The notes beneath the pieces are model-generated. The model saw only the letters and a list, made by a program, of their open reading frames with translations, searched no databases and was not told the DNA's origin. From the NCBI GenBank assembly GCA_037442825.1, contig JBBIPN010000018.1, positions 1 to 20,222 on the forward strand: DNA of 20,222 bases, in the 5' to 3' direction. Positions 1-8,281 of the stretch are shown in pieces. Numbering within the stretch: the stretch's first letter is position 1; every line of letters starts with the position of its first letter. The DNA is from Sulfurihydrogenibium sp. GTDB taxonomy: Bacteria; Aquificota; Aquificia; Aquificales; Hydrogenothermaceae. A program made the position numbers and the translations under genes.

Positions 1-2
1 TT

Positions 3-134
3 AATATGAGAATTGACAATCTTTCAATGAGAACATCTCAAGTAGAACAAGAACGAAAAGAAGCATTATTAAATAAAGATATAATACATGATATACTGAT
101 TAGACTTAGGACATTAGAAGCTAAAGTTGGTTAA
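3..134 (+). CDS. 3' end of a hypothetical, probably coiled-coil protein (partial; begins upstream of the window)
   Basis: Not in the ORF track. The frame is open from base 3 to TAA at 132-134 and reads NMRIDNLSMRTSQVEQERKEALLNKDIIHDILIRLRTLEAKVG*. It has a heptad-like hydrophobic pattern and overlaps the end of the convergent gene by 14 nt. Confidence 0.6.
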   Translation, partial: NMRIDNLSMRTSQVEQERKEALLNKDIIHDILIRLRTLEAKVG

Positions 135-762
135 AGTTACATTGATTATAAAAAACACACTTTTCACATAAAGGAACCTTTTTACACACATTTTTACAAT
201 GGACAACAATCAAAGCATGAAACTCTTTATATAAAGAAATATCTTTTTCTATTTTTTCTGTTATAAACATTTGAAGTTTATCGTAAGATATATCTTCACT
301 TTCAATGATACCTATTCTATAAAAAAGGCGCTTAGTATAACTATCTACAACAAAAAAAGGTTTATCTAAGCCATAAAGAAGAATAGAATCTGCTGTTTCT
401 TTACCTATTCCTTTAATTTTCAATAAATCTTCTCTCTCTATTTCGTAAGGTTTTTTTGAGATAAAAAGCTTTGATAACTCTACTATTACTTTTGCTTTTT
501 GATTATAAAATCCAGCAGGTTTTATAAGAATCTTTAATTTGTTTTCATCTATCTTTGATAAAGAATAAAAATTAAGAATATCCTCATTTATTAAATTTTC
601 TAAAGCATTTTCTACGTTTTTCCAAGAAGTGTTTTGTGTTAAAACAGCACCAATACAGATTTCTGCTAATTTATCTTTATTATTTTCATGGGTAGGCCAC
701 CAGTTTTGGTAACCATAAGTATCTAAAAGTTTTTCATAAATTTCTAAAACTGTTTTTCTCAT
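121..762 (-). CDS. Endonuclease III-related HhH-GPD DNA glycosylase (COG2231-like) with a C-terminal Fe-S cluster motif
   Basis: Motifs WWP, GAVLTQNTSWKNVE, IKPAGFYNQKA, HhH LLKIKGIGKETADSILLY, catalytic-Asp region VVDSY, and C-terminal C-x5-C-x2-C-x5-C. Confidence 0.9.
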   Translation of the reverse strand: MRKTVLEIYEKLLDTYGYQNWWPTHENNKDKLAEICIGAVLTQNTSWKNVENALENLINEDILNFYSLSKIDENKLKILIKPAGFYNQKAKVIVELSKLFISKKPYEIEREDLLKIKGIGKETADSILLYGLDKPFFVVDSYTKRLFYRIGIIESEDISYDKLQMFITEKIEKDISLYKEFHALIVVHCKNVCKKVPLCEKCVFYNQCNFNQL

Positions 763-769
763 TAATAAT

Positions 770-797
770 AGTATACATTATAAAAATAAAGTTCCAA
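770..797 (-). promoter_or_regulatory. Candidate sigma70-type promoter for the glycosylase gene
   Basis: Minus strand TTGGAA (797-792), 16 nt, TATACT (775-770), ending 7 nt before the ATG. An alternative TATAAT lies at 782-777. Confidence 0.45.
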
Positions 798-805
798 CTT
801 AGATA

Positions 806-814
806 TGTTAAAAT
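806..814 (+). promoter_or_regulatory. Candidate extended -10 promoter for the yebC operon
   Basis: TGnTAAAAT at 806-814, upstream of SD GGAGG (840-844) and the ATG at 851. Confidence 0.4.
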
Positions 815-850
815 TTATATACGACTTTTTAACTTGTATGGAGGTTTTTT

Positions 851-1606
851 ATGGCTGGTCATAGTAGATGGCACAATATAAAAAATAAAAAAGCAAAAGC
901 TGATGCTATAAAAGGTAGATTATTTACAAAAGTTATAAAGGAGATAACTATAGCAGCAAGACTTGGTGGTAGTGACCCTGAAGCAAACCCAAGGTTAAGA
1001 ATGGCTATAGAAAAAGCCCGTGAAGTAAACATGCCTTTAGAAAATATAGAAAGGGCTATAAAAAGAGGTACTGGTGAGCTTGAAGGTGTAAGTTATGAAG
1101 AAGTTCAGTATGAAGGTTATGGGCCAGGTGGTGTTGCAGTAATAGTAGAAGCTACAACAGATAATAGAAACAGGACAACAGCAGAAGTTAGACATATATT
1201 TTCAAAGTATGGTGGTAATCTTGGTTCTTCTGGATGTGTATCTTTCTTATTTGAAGATAAAGGGATTATAAACGTTGATAAAAGTAAATATTCAGAAGAA
1301 GAGACTTTAGAAAAATCTATAGAAGCAGGTGCTGAAGATGTTATTATGGATGACCCAGACTTCTATGAAATAAGGACATCTTCCACAGATTTTTATAAAG
1401 TAAAAGAAAATTTAGAAAAGATGGGTGTAGAAATCTCTAATGCAAACCTTACAAAAATACCTACAACAACAGTTTCTATAGCAGATGAAGAAACTGCATC
1501 AAAACTTATGAAACTTTTAGATGCACTCGAAGACAACGATGACGTTCAAAAAGTTTATGCAAACTTTGATATTCCAGAAAATATACTATCTAAATTAGAA
1601 AGTTAA
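851..1606 (+). CDS. yebC: YebC/PmpR/TACO1 family protein
   Basis: N-terminal [31 protein letters not shown], and C-terminal [21 protein letters not shown] is present. Confidence 0.97.
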   Translation: MAGHSRWHNIKNKKAKADAIKGRLFTKVIKEITIAARLGGSDPEANPRLRMAIEKAREVNMPLENIERAIKRGTGELEGVSYEEVQYEGYGPGGVAVIVEATTDNRNRTTAEVRHIFSKYGGNLGSSGCVSFLFEDKGIINVDKSKYSEEETLEKSIEAGAEDVIMDDPDFYEIRTSSTDFYKVKENLEKMGVEISNANLTKIPTTTVSIADEETASKLMKLLDALEDNDDVQKVYANFDIPENILSKLES

Positions 1607-2070
1607 TGGAGAAAGTTTTAGCTATTGACCCATCAAGTAATAAAACAGGTTATGTTATTGCAATTGTCGATAAAGAAAAAGAGAAAATAGAAGTTTTAGA
1701 TTTTAATTTTATAAACTTAAAAAATATAAAATACTATTTAGAATATCTATATAAAAGTTTAGAAGATTTGATATTAAAGTATAAAATAGATAAGATTATC
1801 TTAGAAAAGCCATTTTACGGTATAAATGCACAAACACTTATAAAACTCGGTGAAATAAGAGGCATTATTTTATTACTTTCTCAGGTTTATAAGATAAATT
1901 TAGTTGAGTTTACTCCTGCTGAAGTAAAAATCTGTATTACCGGTTATGGCCGTTCTAATAAAGAAGAAGTCCTTTCTATGGTAAATAGAATCTTCCAAAG
2001 AGATATAAAAGATTACGATGTTGCAGATGCTTTTGCTGTTTTACAATGTTATTATTTAAATAATATTTAG
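1606..2070 (+). CDS. ruvC: Holliday junction resolvase RuvC
   Basis: LAIDPS..TGY, ILEKPF, GEIRGII, TPAEVK..TGYGRSNKEEV and DVADA supply the four acidic residues. The yebC-ruvC order is widely conserved; the genes are coupled by a TAATG overlap. Confidence 0.92.
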   Translation: MEKVLAIDPSSNKTGYVIAIVDKEKEKIEVLDFNFINLKNIKYYLEYLYKSLEDLILKYKIDKIILEKPFYGINAQTLIKLGEIRGIILLLSQVYKINLVEFTPAEVKICITGYGRSNKEEVLSMVNRIFQRDIKDYDVADAFAVLQCYYLNNI

Positions 2071-2081
2071 TTGAGGTTAGT

Positions 2082-2399
2082 ATGAAAAAGTTTTTTGTAG
2101 TCCTTTTATTAATTTTCTCTTTATCTTACAGTCAAACATGTGAAGGAATGTTTAACGTATACGATAGCTGTTATGATATTAACAACTGTGATGAAGGATA
2201 CGACTCTGTCTTTTCATTAAGTAGTTCTGTAGGGCTTTCAAAAGCATCATCAGAAAAGTTAGCTAATATATGTAAATCTTCTTGTTTAAATAAAAAAGCA
2301 AATGTTAAAAAGCTATCAAAAGAAGAATTTTTAGAAACATTCTGCCCAAAAATAACGGAGGTTAAAAAAGTTGGAAATCCTCCTGGCAACAACAAATGA
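2082..2399 (+). CDS. Hypothetical secreted Cys-rich protein
   Basis: SD GAGGT at 2073-2077. Signal-peptide-like [17 protein letters not shown] and six Cys in the mature region. Fills the gap between ruvC and rdgB. Confidence 0.75.
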   Translation: MKKFFVVLLLIFSLSYSQTCEGMFNVYDSCYDINNCDEGYDSVFSLSSSVGLSKASSEKLANICKSSCLNKKANVKKLSKEEFLETFCPKITEVKKVGNPPGNNK

Positions 2400-2994
2400 A
2401 GGTAAAATTAGAGAACTAAGATATTTATTAGAAGGTTTAGATGTTAATCTGCTATCATTGGTAGATATGAAAGAAAAAATAGAAGTAGTTGAAGATGGTA
2501 AAACATTTTTAGAAAATGCTGTAAAAAAAGCTGTTGAGTATGGAAAGTTTTATAAAATGCCAGTTATTGCTGAAGATTCTGGTCTTGAAGTAGATACACT
2601 TGAAGGTTTACCAGGTGTATTTTCTGCAAGATTTTATGAAATTGATTATTGTAAAGATGTATTAAAAAATATTGATGTTTCCAATCTATCTAAGGATGAA
2701 AAAAACAACTTAAAACTTTTAAAAGTTCTTGAGGGTAAAGAAAATAGAAAAGGGAGATATAAAACAGTAGTGGTTTTTTACAATAATGATTTTGGTTTAT
2801 GGACAGAAGGAAGTTGTGAAGGTTATATAGGTTATAAACCAGAAGGAACCGGTGGTTTTGGTTATGACCCTATTTTTCTTCCAGAAGGGTACAATACCAC
2901 TATGGCAAATTTGCCAATAGAAGAAAAAAACAAGATTAGTCATAGAGGAAAAGCTTTAAAAAAGTTAGTTGACTTACTTAGAAAGGTTTTATAA
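2371..2994 (+). CDS. rdgB: RdgB/HAM1 non-canonical purine NTP (dITP/XTP) pyrophosphatase
   Basis: [42 protein letters not shown] and [13 protein letters not shown] start with GGAGG at 2357-2361. Confidence 0.96.
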   Translation: MEILLATTNEGKIRELRYLLEGLDVNLLSLVDMKEKIEVVEDGKTFLENAVKKAVEYGKFYKMPVIAEDSGLEVDTLEGLPGVFSARFYEIDYCKDVLKNIDVSNLSKDEKNNLKLLKVLEGKENRKGRYKTVVVFYNNDFGLWTEGSCEGYIGYKPEGTGGFGYDPIFLPEGYNTTMANLPIEEKNKISHRGKALKKLVDLLRKVL

Positions 2995-3756
2995 ATGGGT
3001 TTATCTGTTATTATACTAACAAAAAATGAAGAAAAGAATATAGAGAGAGCTATAAAAAGTGTTGAACCTATAGCTGATGAGATAATAGTATTAGATAGTG
3101 GTTCTACAGATAAAACTGTAGAGATAGCTAAAAGTTTGGGAGCAAAAGTTTTTTTTAGAGAGTTTGACAATTTTTCTTCCCAAAAAAATTATGCTATTGG
3201 TTTAAGTAATGAAGGATGGATTTTTTCCTTAGATGCAGATGAAGAAGTCTCTAAAGAGTTAAGGGAAAGTATAAAAAAAGCTATTGAAAAAGGTGACTTT
3301 AGCTGTTATGAAGTACCGCGGAGGACATACTATTTAGGTAAGTTTTTAGATTATGTTTGGTATCCAGAGTATATAGTTAGACTGTTTAAAAAAGGTTATG
3401 GAAAGTATGAAGGTCAGCTTCATGAAAAATTAGTATGTAATGGAAAAGTTGGAAGATTAGAAGGAGATTTATATCATTACTCTTATAAAAATCTCTACCA
3501 CCAGTTTATAAAAACAGTTGATTATGCACAAAAGATGGCAGAGATTTTATATAAAAAAGGTAAAAAACCAAAACTATATAACCTTTTAATAAACCCAATA
3601 TTTATCTTCATAAAGCTTTTTTTTATTAAAAAAGGTTTTTTAGAAGGTAAAAGAGGAATAATAATAGCTGTATCTGGCTTTGTTTATGTTTTTTTAAAGT
3701 ATGCTTTTCTGTATGAACTTCATTTAAAAGAAAAATATAAATATAAACTATGGTAA
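2995..3756 (+). CDS. GT2 glycosyltransferase, WaaE/KdtX/LgtF-like (likely LPS core beta-1,4-glucosyltransferase)
   Basis: LSVIILTKNEE, LDSGSTDKTVEIA, DxD motif LDADE, LHE, LYHYSY, and C-terminal KKGFLEGKRG. Confidence 0.88.
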   Translation: MGLSVIILTKNEEKNIERAIKSVEPIADEIIVLDSGSTDKTVEIAKSLGAKVFFREFDNFSSQKNYAIGLSNEGWIFSLDADEEVSKELRESIKKAIEKGDFSCYEVPRRTYYLGKFLDYVWYPEYIVRLFKKGYGKYEGQLHEKLVCNGKVGRLEGDLYHYSYKNLYHQFIKTVDYAQKMAEILYKKGKKPKLYNLLINPIFIFIKLFFIKKGFLEGKRGIIIAVSGFVYVFLKYAFLYELHLKEKYKYKLW

Positions 3757-3757
3757 T

Positions 3758-4030
3758 TTAAACTATTTTCATAGAAACAACAGTTTTTACCATTCCATTT
3801 TCTTTTTTAACTTGAGTGTAAGCGTAAACTTCAACATCTTCTTGAGTAGATATTTTTTTAGCTCTAATATTACTCATTTTTTTATCTCTAAGGGCAACAT
3901 AGTTATCTGTAGGTAGATAATCATTCTTTTTTATCTCTTCAATAAATCTATCACTTGCTAAAATCTCTTGACTTTCATCAGAAATATCTATACCTTCCAA
4001 TACTATAATCAACTGTTTTACATCACTCAT
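3758..4030 (-). CDS. Hypothetical protein (90 aa)
   Basis: ATG-started ORF with an AAGGT SD-like motif upstream. It fills the space between the GT2 gene and the clp promoter and has protein-like composition, but no motif I recognise. Confidence 0.7.
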   Translation of the reverse strand: MSDVKQLIIVLEGIDISDESQEILASDRFIEEIKKNDYLPTDNYVALRDKKMSNIRAKKISTQEDVEVYAYTQVKKENGMVKTVVSMKIV

Positions 4031-4119
4031 CCTATTACCTTAAATATTGAATTTTCCCTTAGATTTAACTATTAATTAAGATGGTAAGCAATGATTTATT
4101 TCATACTCCAAAATAGATA

Positions 4120-4147
4120 TTGACATTTTAGTATAGTAGACTATAAT
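4120..4147 (+). promoter_or_regulatory. Consensus sigma70-type promoter of the Clp ATPase gene
   Basis: TTGACA (4120-4125), 16 nt, TATAAT (4142-4147). SD GGAGG at 4182-4186 and ATG at 4194. Confidence 0.85.
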
Positions 4148-4193
4148 AATTTAACAATAAAACACTAAAGTTATTTAAAATGGAGGATATAAA

Positions 4194-7169
4194 ATGTTTA
4201 GTGAGAATCTTTTAGATAAAAAAGCCAAGGAAATTTTAGAACTTTCAAAAAGTATAGCTGTAAAAAATAATGACTCAATGGTTGATACAGATCATTTACT
4301 ACTTGCTTTAATATCAAAAGGTGACTCTCCTTTAATGAAAATATTAGAAAAAAGAGGAATAGATAAAAAAGCACTAAAAGAAAATATAACAAACTATCTT
4401 AACGATATTTACAACCAAATTAATAAAGCTGTTGAAGACTATTCCAACTATCTTAAAAATCTACAATCTCAACTATCTCAAGCAAGAAACCAAGCTTCAG
4501 AGATATATAAAGAGTTAAAGTATATAAAAACTCAGAAAGAAAAATTAAAGAGAGAATTGTCTTTTGAATCTGAGTTTTTCTTTAGTGGTAAAAGTAGACT
4601 TGAACTTGAAAAATTGTCTATATACGAAAAACAGTTAGAATCCAACTTAAGAGATCTAAAATCTCAACTTTCACAGTTAACAGATAGTATATCAGCAGAA
4701 AAATTTTTATCTGGAGATATAAATCTACTATCTTTCATTTATAAGATTGCAGAAAATGATTCTTTAATAAAGCAGGTTGAGGATTTAGGTTTTTCAAAAG
4801 ATAGATTTGTAGAAAAGATTATAGAAAAAGTAATAGGTTCAAAAACTTCTAAAGTTTATAGCTCTAAATTGGTAAAAGTTTTAGAAAATGCAGAAAAGAT
4901 AGCATTTAATAGCAGTTCAAGTACAGTTACCTTGACATATATCGCTACTTCACTGGTAGAAAGTAAAGATACCATAGCTGGTAAAATTTTGGATGAATTA
5001 TTTAATATCTCAAAAAAAGAAGGAGGAAAAGAAACTATGGAAGGAAAAAACATACAGCAAGAGATGGCTGAAGAAGAAAAATCAACATTAGAAAAATTTA
5101 CAGTTGATTTAACAAAGCTTGCAAAAGAAGGTAAGCTAGACCCTGTAATAGGTAGAGAAAGAGAAATACAACAAGTGATAGAGATCTTATTAAGAAGAAC
5201 AAAAAATAACCCTGTTTTAATTGGAGAAGCAGGTGTAGGTAAAACTGCAATTGTAGAAGGTTTAGCTCAAAAAATAGTAAATAAAGAAGTACCAGAGGAA
5301 CTTGTTAATAAGAAAGTACTCTCCCTTGACCTTGGTGGTCTTGTTGCAGGCACAAAGTATAGAGGTGAATTTGAAGAGAGGATAAAATCTCTTATTGATG
5401 AACTTAAAAAGGACCCAAATATAATTCTCTTTATTGATGAGGTTCATACAATAGTAGGAGCTGGTAAAGGAGAAGGAGCGTCAGATGCTGGTCAGTTACT
5501 AAAGCCAGCGTTAGCAAGAGGTGAAATTAGAGTTATAGGTGCTACAACTTTAGATGAATATAGAAAATACATAGAGAAAGATCCAGCATTAGAGAGAAGA
5601 TTCCAACCTGTTTACGTAGAAGAACCAGATATAGACACAACCATAGAGATATTGAGAGCATTAAAACCTAAACTTGAAAAACATCACTCTGTAAAAATAA
5701 GTGATAAAGCTATTGAAGCAGCAGCAAAATTAACAGGTAGATATATCCCATCAAGAAAATTCCCAGATAAAGCTATAGATGCTTTAGATCAAGCTTGTGC
5801 AAGGAAAAAACTAAAACTAACGTATGCTTCTCCAGAAGTTATAGAACTTGAAAGAAAGATAAAACTTTTTGATGAACAGATAGTACAAGCTTCTTTAGAT
5901 GGTAACTATGAAAAAGAAGCTAAACTAAAAATAGAAAAAGCAAACCTTGAAAAACAACTAAAAGAGTTGAAATTAAAATCTTCTAATGAAAGAACCAAAT
6001 TAGAAGAACTACAGCTTAAACTTGAAGAGATAGAAAAGCAGATAGAACACTTTAGTCAAAAAGGTGATTATGAAAAAGAAGCTGAGTACAAGATTAAAAA
6101 AGCTCAAATAGAGAAAGAAATAAAAGCACTACAACAAAAGCTTTCAGAATCTGCTGTAGTTACAGAAGATGATGTATCAGAGGTTGTTGCAGAATGGACA
6201 GGAATACCTATATCTAAGATGAAAGAAGAGGAGATGGAAAGATTGCTACAATTAGAGGAAGAGATGCATAAGAGATTGATAAACCAAAAACATGCAGTAA
6301 AACTTGTTGCAGAAGCCATTAGAAGAGCAAGGGCAGGACTTTCTGATCCAAGAAAACCACTGGCATCATTTATGTTCCTTGGACCAACTGGTGTAGGTAA
6401 AACAGAACTTGCTAAAACATTGGCAGAGTTATTGTTTGATGATGAAGATGCAATGATAAGACTTGATATGTCAGAGTTCAAAGAAGAACATTCTGTAGCT
6501 AAATTAATAGGTGCACCACCAGGATATGTAGGATATGAAGAAGGTGGAAAACTTACAGAAGCTGTTAGAAGAAGACCTTACAGTGTAATACTTCTTGATG
6601 AGATAGAAAAAGCCCATCCAAGAGTGTTTGATTTATTCTTACAAGTTTTAGATGATGGAAGATTAACAGATTCTCAAGGTAGAACTGTCAACTTTAGAAA
6701 TACAGTTATAATAATGACTTCAAACATTGGAAGCCAATATTTAACAATGATACCTGTTGATGTTCCAGAAGATGTTATAGAAAAAGAGTTTGAGATTGCT
6801 AAGAAAAGAGTTCTTGAAGAGATAAAAAATTACTTTAGACCAGAATTTTTAAACAGAATTGACGAGATAATAGTATTTAAACCTCTATTTAGAAAAGATG
6901 TATTCCAAATAATCGATCTAATGATTCATGCTTTAAATAAAAGACTATACGATAGAAATATTAAAATAGAACTTACAGATGAAGCAAAAGAATTATTAAT
7001 GAAACTTGGTTATGACCCACTTTATGGTGCTAGACCTATGAGAAGAGCTATTCAAAAGTATGTTGAAACACCATTATCTGAAAAGATATTAAGAAGAGAA
7101 ATAAAAGAAGGTGATACTGTTTTAATCTATTCTGAAGGTGAAAATTTTGTATTTAATATAAAGCAGTAG
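4194..7169 (+). CDS. clpB: Class I Hsp100/Clp AAA+ chaperone, ClpB-like, with an extended N-terminus
   Basis: Clp-N repeat [12 protein letters not shown]1: [24 protein letters not shown] pore loop, LFIDEVH, ALERRFQ. Coiled-coil middle domain. NBD2: [43 protein letters not shown]. No IGF/LGF ClpP-docking loop is visible after MTSNIG. Confidence 0.88.
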   Translation: MFSENLLDKKAKEILELSKSIAVKNNDSMVDTDHLLLALISKGDSPLMKILEKRGIDKKALKENITNYLNDIYNQINKAVEDYSNYLKNLQSQLSQARNQASEIYKELKYIKTQKEKLKRELSFESEFFFSGKSRLELEKLSIYEKQLESNLRDLKSQLSQLTDSISAEKFLSGDINLLSFIYKIAENDSLIKQVEDLGFSKDRFVEKIIEKVIGSKTSKVYSSKLVKVLENAEKIAFNSSSSTVTLTYIATSLVESKDTIAGKILDELFNISKKEGGKETMEGKNIQQEMAEEEKSTLEKFTVDLTKLAKEGKLDPVIGREREIQQVIEILLRRTKNNPVLIGEAGVGKTAIVEGLAQKIVNKEVPEELVNKKVLSLDLGGLVAGTKYRGEFEERIKSLIDELKKDPNIILFIDEVHTIVGAGKGEGASDAGQLLKPALARGEIRVIGATTLDEYRKYIEKDPALERRFQPVYVEEPDIDTTIEILRALKPKLEKHHSVKISDKAIEAAAKLTGRYIPSRKFPDKAIDALDQACARKKLKLTYASPEVIELERKIKLFDEQIVQASLDGNYEKEAKLKIEKANLEKQLKELKLKSSNERTKLEELQLKLEEIEKQIEHFSQKGDYEKEAEYKIKKAQIEKEIKALQQKLSESAVVTEDDVSEVVAEWTGIPISKMKEEEMERLLQLEEEMHKRLINQKHAVKLVAEAIRRARAGLSDPRKPLASFMFLGPTGVGKTELAKTLAELLFDDEDAMIRLDMSEFKEEHSVAKLIGAPPGYVGYEEGGKLTEAVRRRPYSVILLDEIEKAHPRVFDLFLQVLDDGRLTDSQGRTVNFRNTVIIMTSNIGSQYLTMIPVDVPEDVIEKEFEIAKKRVLEEIKNYFRPEFLNRIDEIIVFKPLFRKDVFQIIDLMIHALNKRLYDRNIKIELTDEAKELLMKLGYDPLYGARPMRRAIQKYVETPLSEKILRREIKEGDTVLIYSEGENFVFNIKQ

Positions 7170-7174
7170 ATTTT

Positions 7175-7210
7175 AAGCCCTCTCTTTAATTAGGGAGGGT
7201 TATTTTTATT
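7175..7210 (+). terminator. Intrinsic terminator after the Clp gene
   Basis: Stem AGCCCTCTCT (7176-7185), loop TTAATT, AGGGAGGGTT (7192-7201) with two G-U pairs, followed by a T-rich tract. The G-U pairs form only in the + strand transcript. Confidence 0.75.
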
Positions 7211-7997
7211 TTATATCAAAGTTTGCAATTACTGGAGCATGGTCTGAAGGTTTTGGTGTTTTTCTCCTTCTTGGCCAGAGGTCTACTTCAACATTCTTTA
7301 AATTTTCTAATAAAGGTTTTGAGATGAGAATGTAATCTATCCTCATTCCTTCATTTTTCCAAATAGCTCCGCCTATATAATCCCACCATGTAAATTGTTG
7401 TTTGTTTGGATATAAATATCTAAAAGAGTCTATTAATCCAAGATTTAAAAGCTCTTTTAATAAATCTCTTTCTTCCTTCATCGTTCCAATGCTATCTTCT
7501 AAAATCTCTGAATCATAAACATCGAAATCTTCTAACGCAATATTTAGATCTCCAAGAAGTATTATTTTTTGCTTTTCAAAATCAAAAGTATCTCTTAAAT
7601 ATTCAATAAAATGTTTATACCAGTCTAATTTATAGTAATATTTTTCTGTACCTCTTAAATTTCCATGTGGTGCATATGTATTTATAATAAAAATATCATC
7701 TATATTATCTATAATAACTCTTTTTTGATTATCAAATTCATCATGATTTAAGCCTTTTTGAAAAGATTTTAATGGAATTTTAGAGAATGTAGCAACACCA
7801 TTGTAAGCTTTTTGACCTAAAATATCGTAGTATAAAAAACCTAACTCTTCAAATTCTTTTAAAGGAAAATCTTTTTCTTGTACTTTTATCTCTTGAAAAC
7901 AAAGGACATCAATATCATTATTTCTGTGGTTTAACCACTGAATTAATAGATCTTTTCTTACTTTAATAGAGTTTATATTAAAAGTACATACTTTCAT
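7206..7997 (-). CDS. xth: Exodeoxyribonuclease III / AP endonuclease
   Basis: TFNINS, FQEIK, YNGVA, LGDLNIA, FTWWDY, GMRIDYIL and PSDHAPV. Confidence 0.97.
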   Translation of the reverse strand: MKVCTFNINSIKVRKDLLIQWLNHRNNDIDVLCFQEIKVQEKDFPLKEFEELGFLYYDILGQKAYNGVATFSKIPLKSFQKGLNHDEFDNQKRVIIDNIDDIFIINTYAPHGNLRGTEKYYYKLDWYKHFIEYLRDTFDFEKQKIILLGDLNIALEDFDVYDSEILEDSIGTMKEERDLLKELLNLGLIDSFRYLYPNKQQFTWWDYIGGAIWKNEGMRIDYILISKPLLENLKNVEVDLWPRRRKTPKPSDHAPVIANFDIK

Positions 7998-8281
7998 TCG
8001 CTTCCATTTTTACCATAGTTATTCCAAAGTTTATACATTCCAACTATAAAAACTATCAGTACTGTAAACCAAACTATAAAAAGAGCTATATAACCAGATT
8101 TTGCTATAATCTTTTCTATTGTTAATCCACCTGTCTTTATAATGTATGAAATTAAAAAAACAATAATGAGAGAAGCTATTAAACTATATCTCATAGGTTT
8201 TATCTTCCAAGCTAATCTAATACCTACCAATAGAAAAAATATAATCCATAAAGTAATAATATTATCAAGAATCAGCTCCAT
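7994..8281 (-). CDS. Small integral membrane protein (about 3 TM helices), unknown function
   Basis: Three hydrophobic segments, a strong AAGGAGG SD on the minus strand (8296-8290), and an ATGA 4-nt overlap with xth. Confidence 0.8.
   Translation of the reverse strand: MELILDNIITLWIIFFLLVGIRLAWKIKPMRYSLIASLIIVFLISYIIKTGGLTIEKIIAKSGYIALFIVWFTVLIVFIVGMYKLWNNYGKNGSE

Noticed and set aside
789..800. Short palindrome AAGTT-CC-AACTT in the glycosylase/yebC divergent promoter region
   Set aside because: 5-bp arms in very AT-rich DNA are expected by chance, and I saw no second copy.
1606..2070. RuvC fold as a possible Cas, TnpB or transposon nuclease
   Set aside because: It is 154 aa, has resolvase motifs and follows yebC. 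There are no CRISPR repeats, terminal inverted repeats or transposase nearby.
2171..2395. 74-aa minus-strand ORF
   Set aside because: Antisense shadow of the 2082-2399 gene, which has an SD, a signal peptide and operon orientation.
2940..3170. 76-aa minus-strand ORF
   Set aside because: Antisense to the well-supported rdgB and GT2 genes, with no motif.
4198..6481. Four short minus-strand ORFs (4198-4392, 4856-5053, 5262-5447, 6104-6481)
   Set aside because: All lie within the clp gene. Their Phe/Leu/Ser-rich composition is the expected mirror of Lys/Glu-rich sense codons.
121..7997. Apparent DNA-repair cluster (glycosylase, ruvC, rdgB, xth)
   Set aside because: The genes lie in three separate transcription units with unrelated genes between them. 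The window looks shuffled (trpA-hisH-bioF, thrB beside hldD), so proximity does not show a system.
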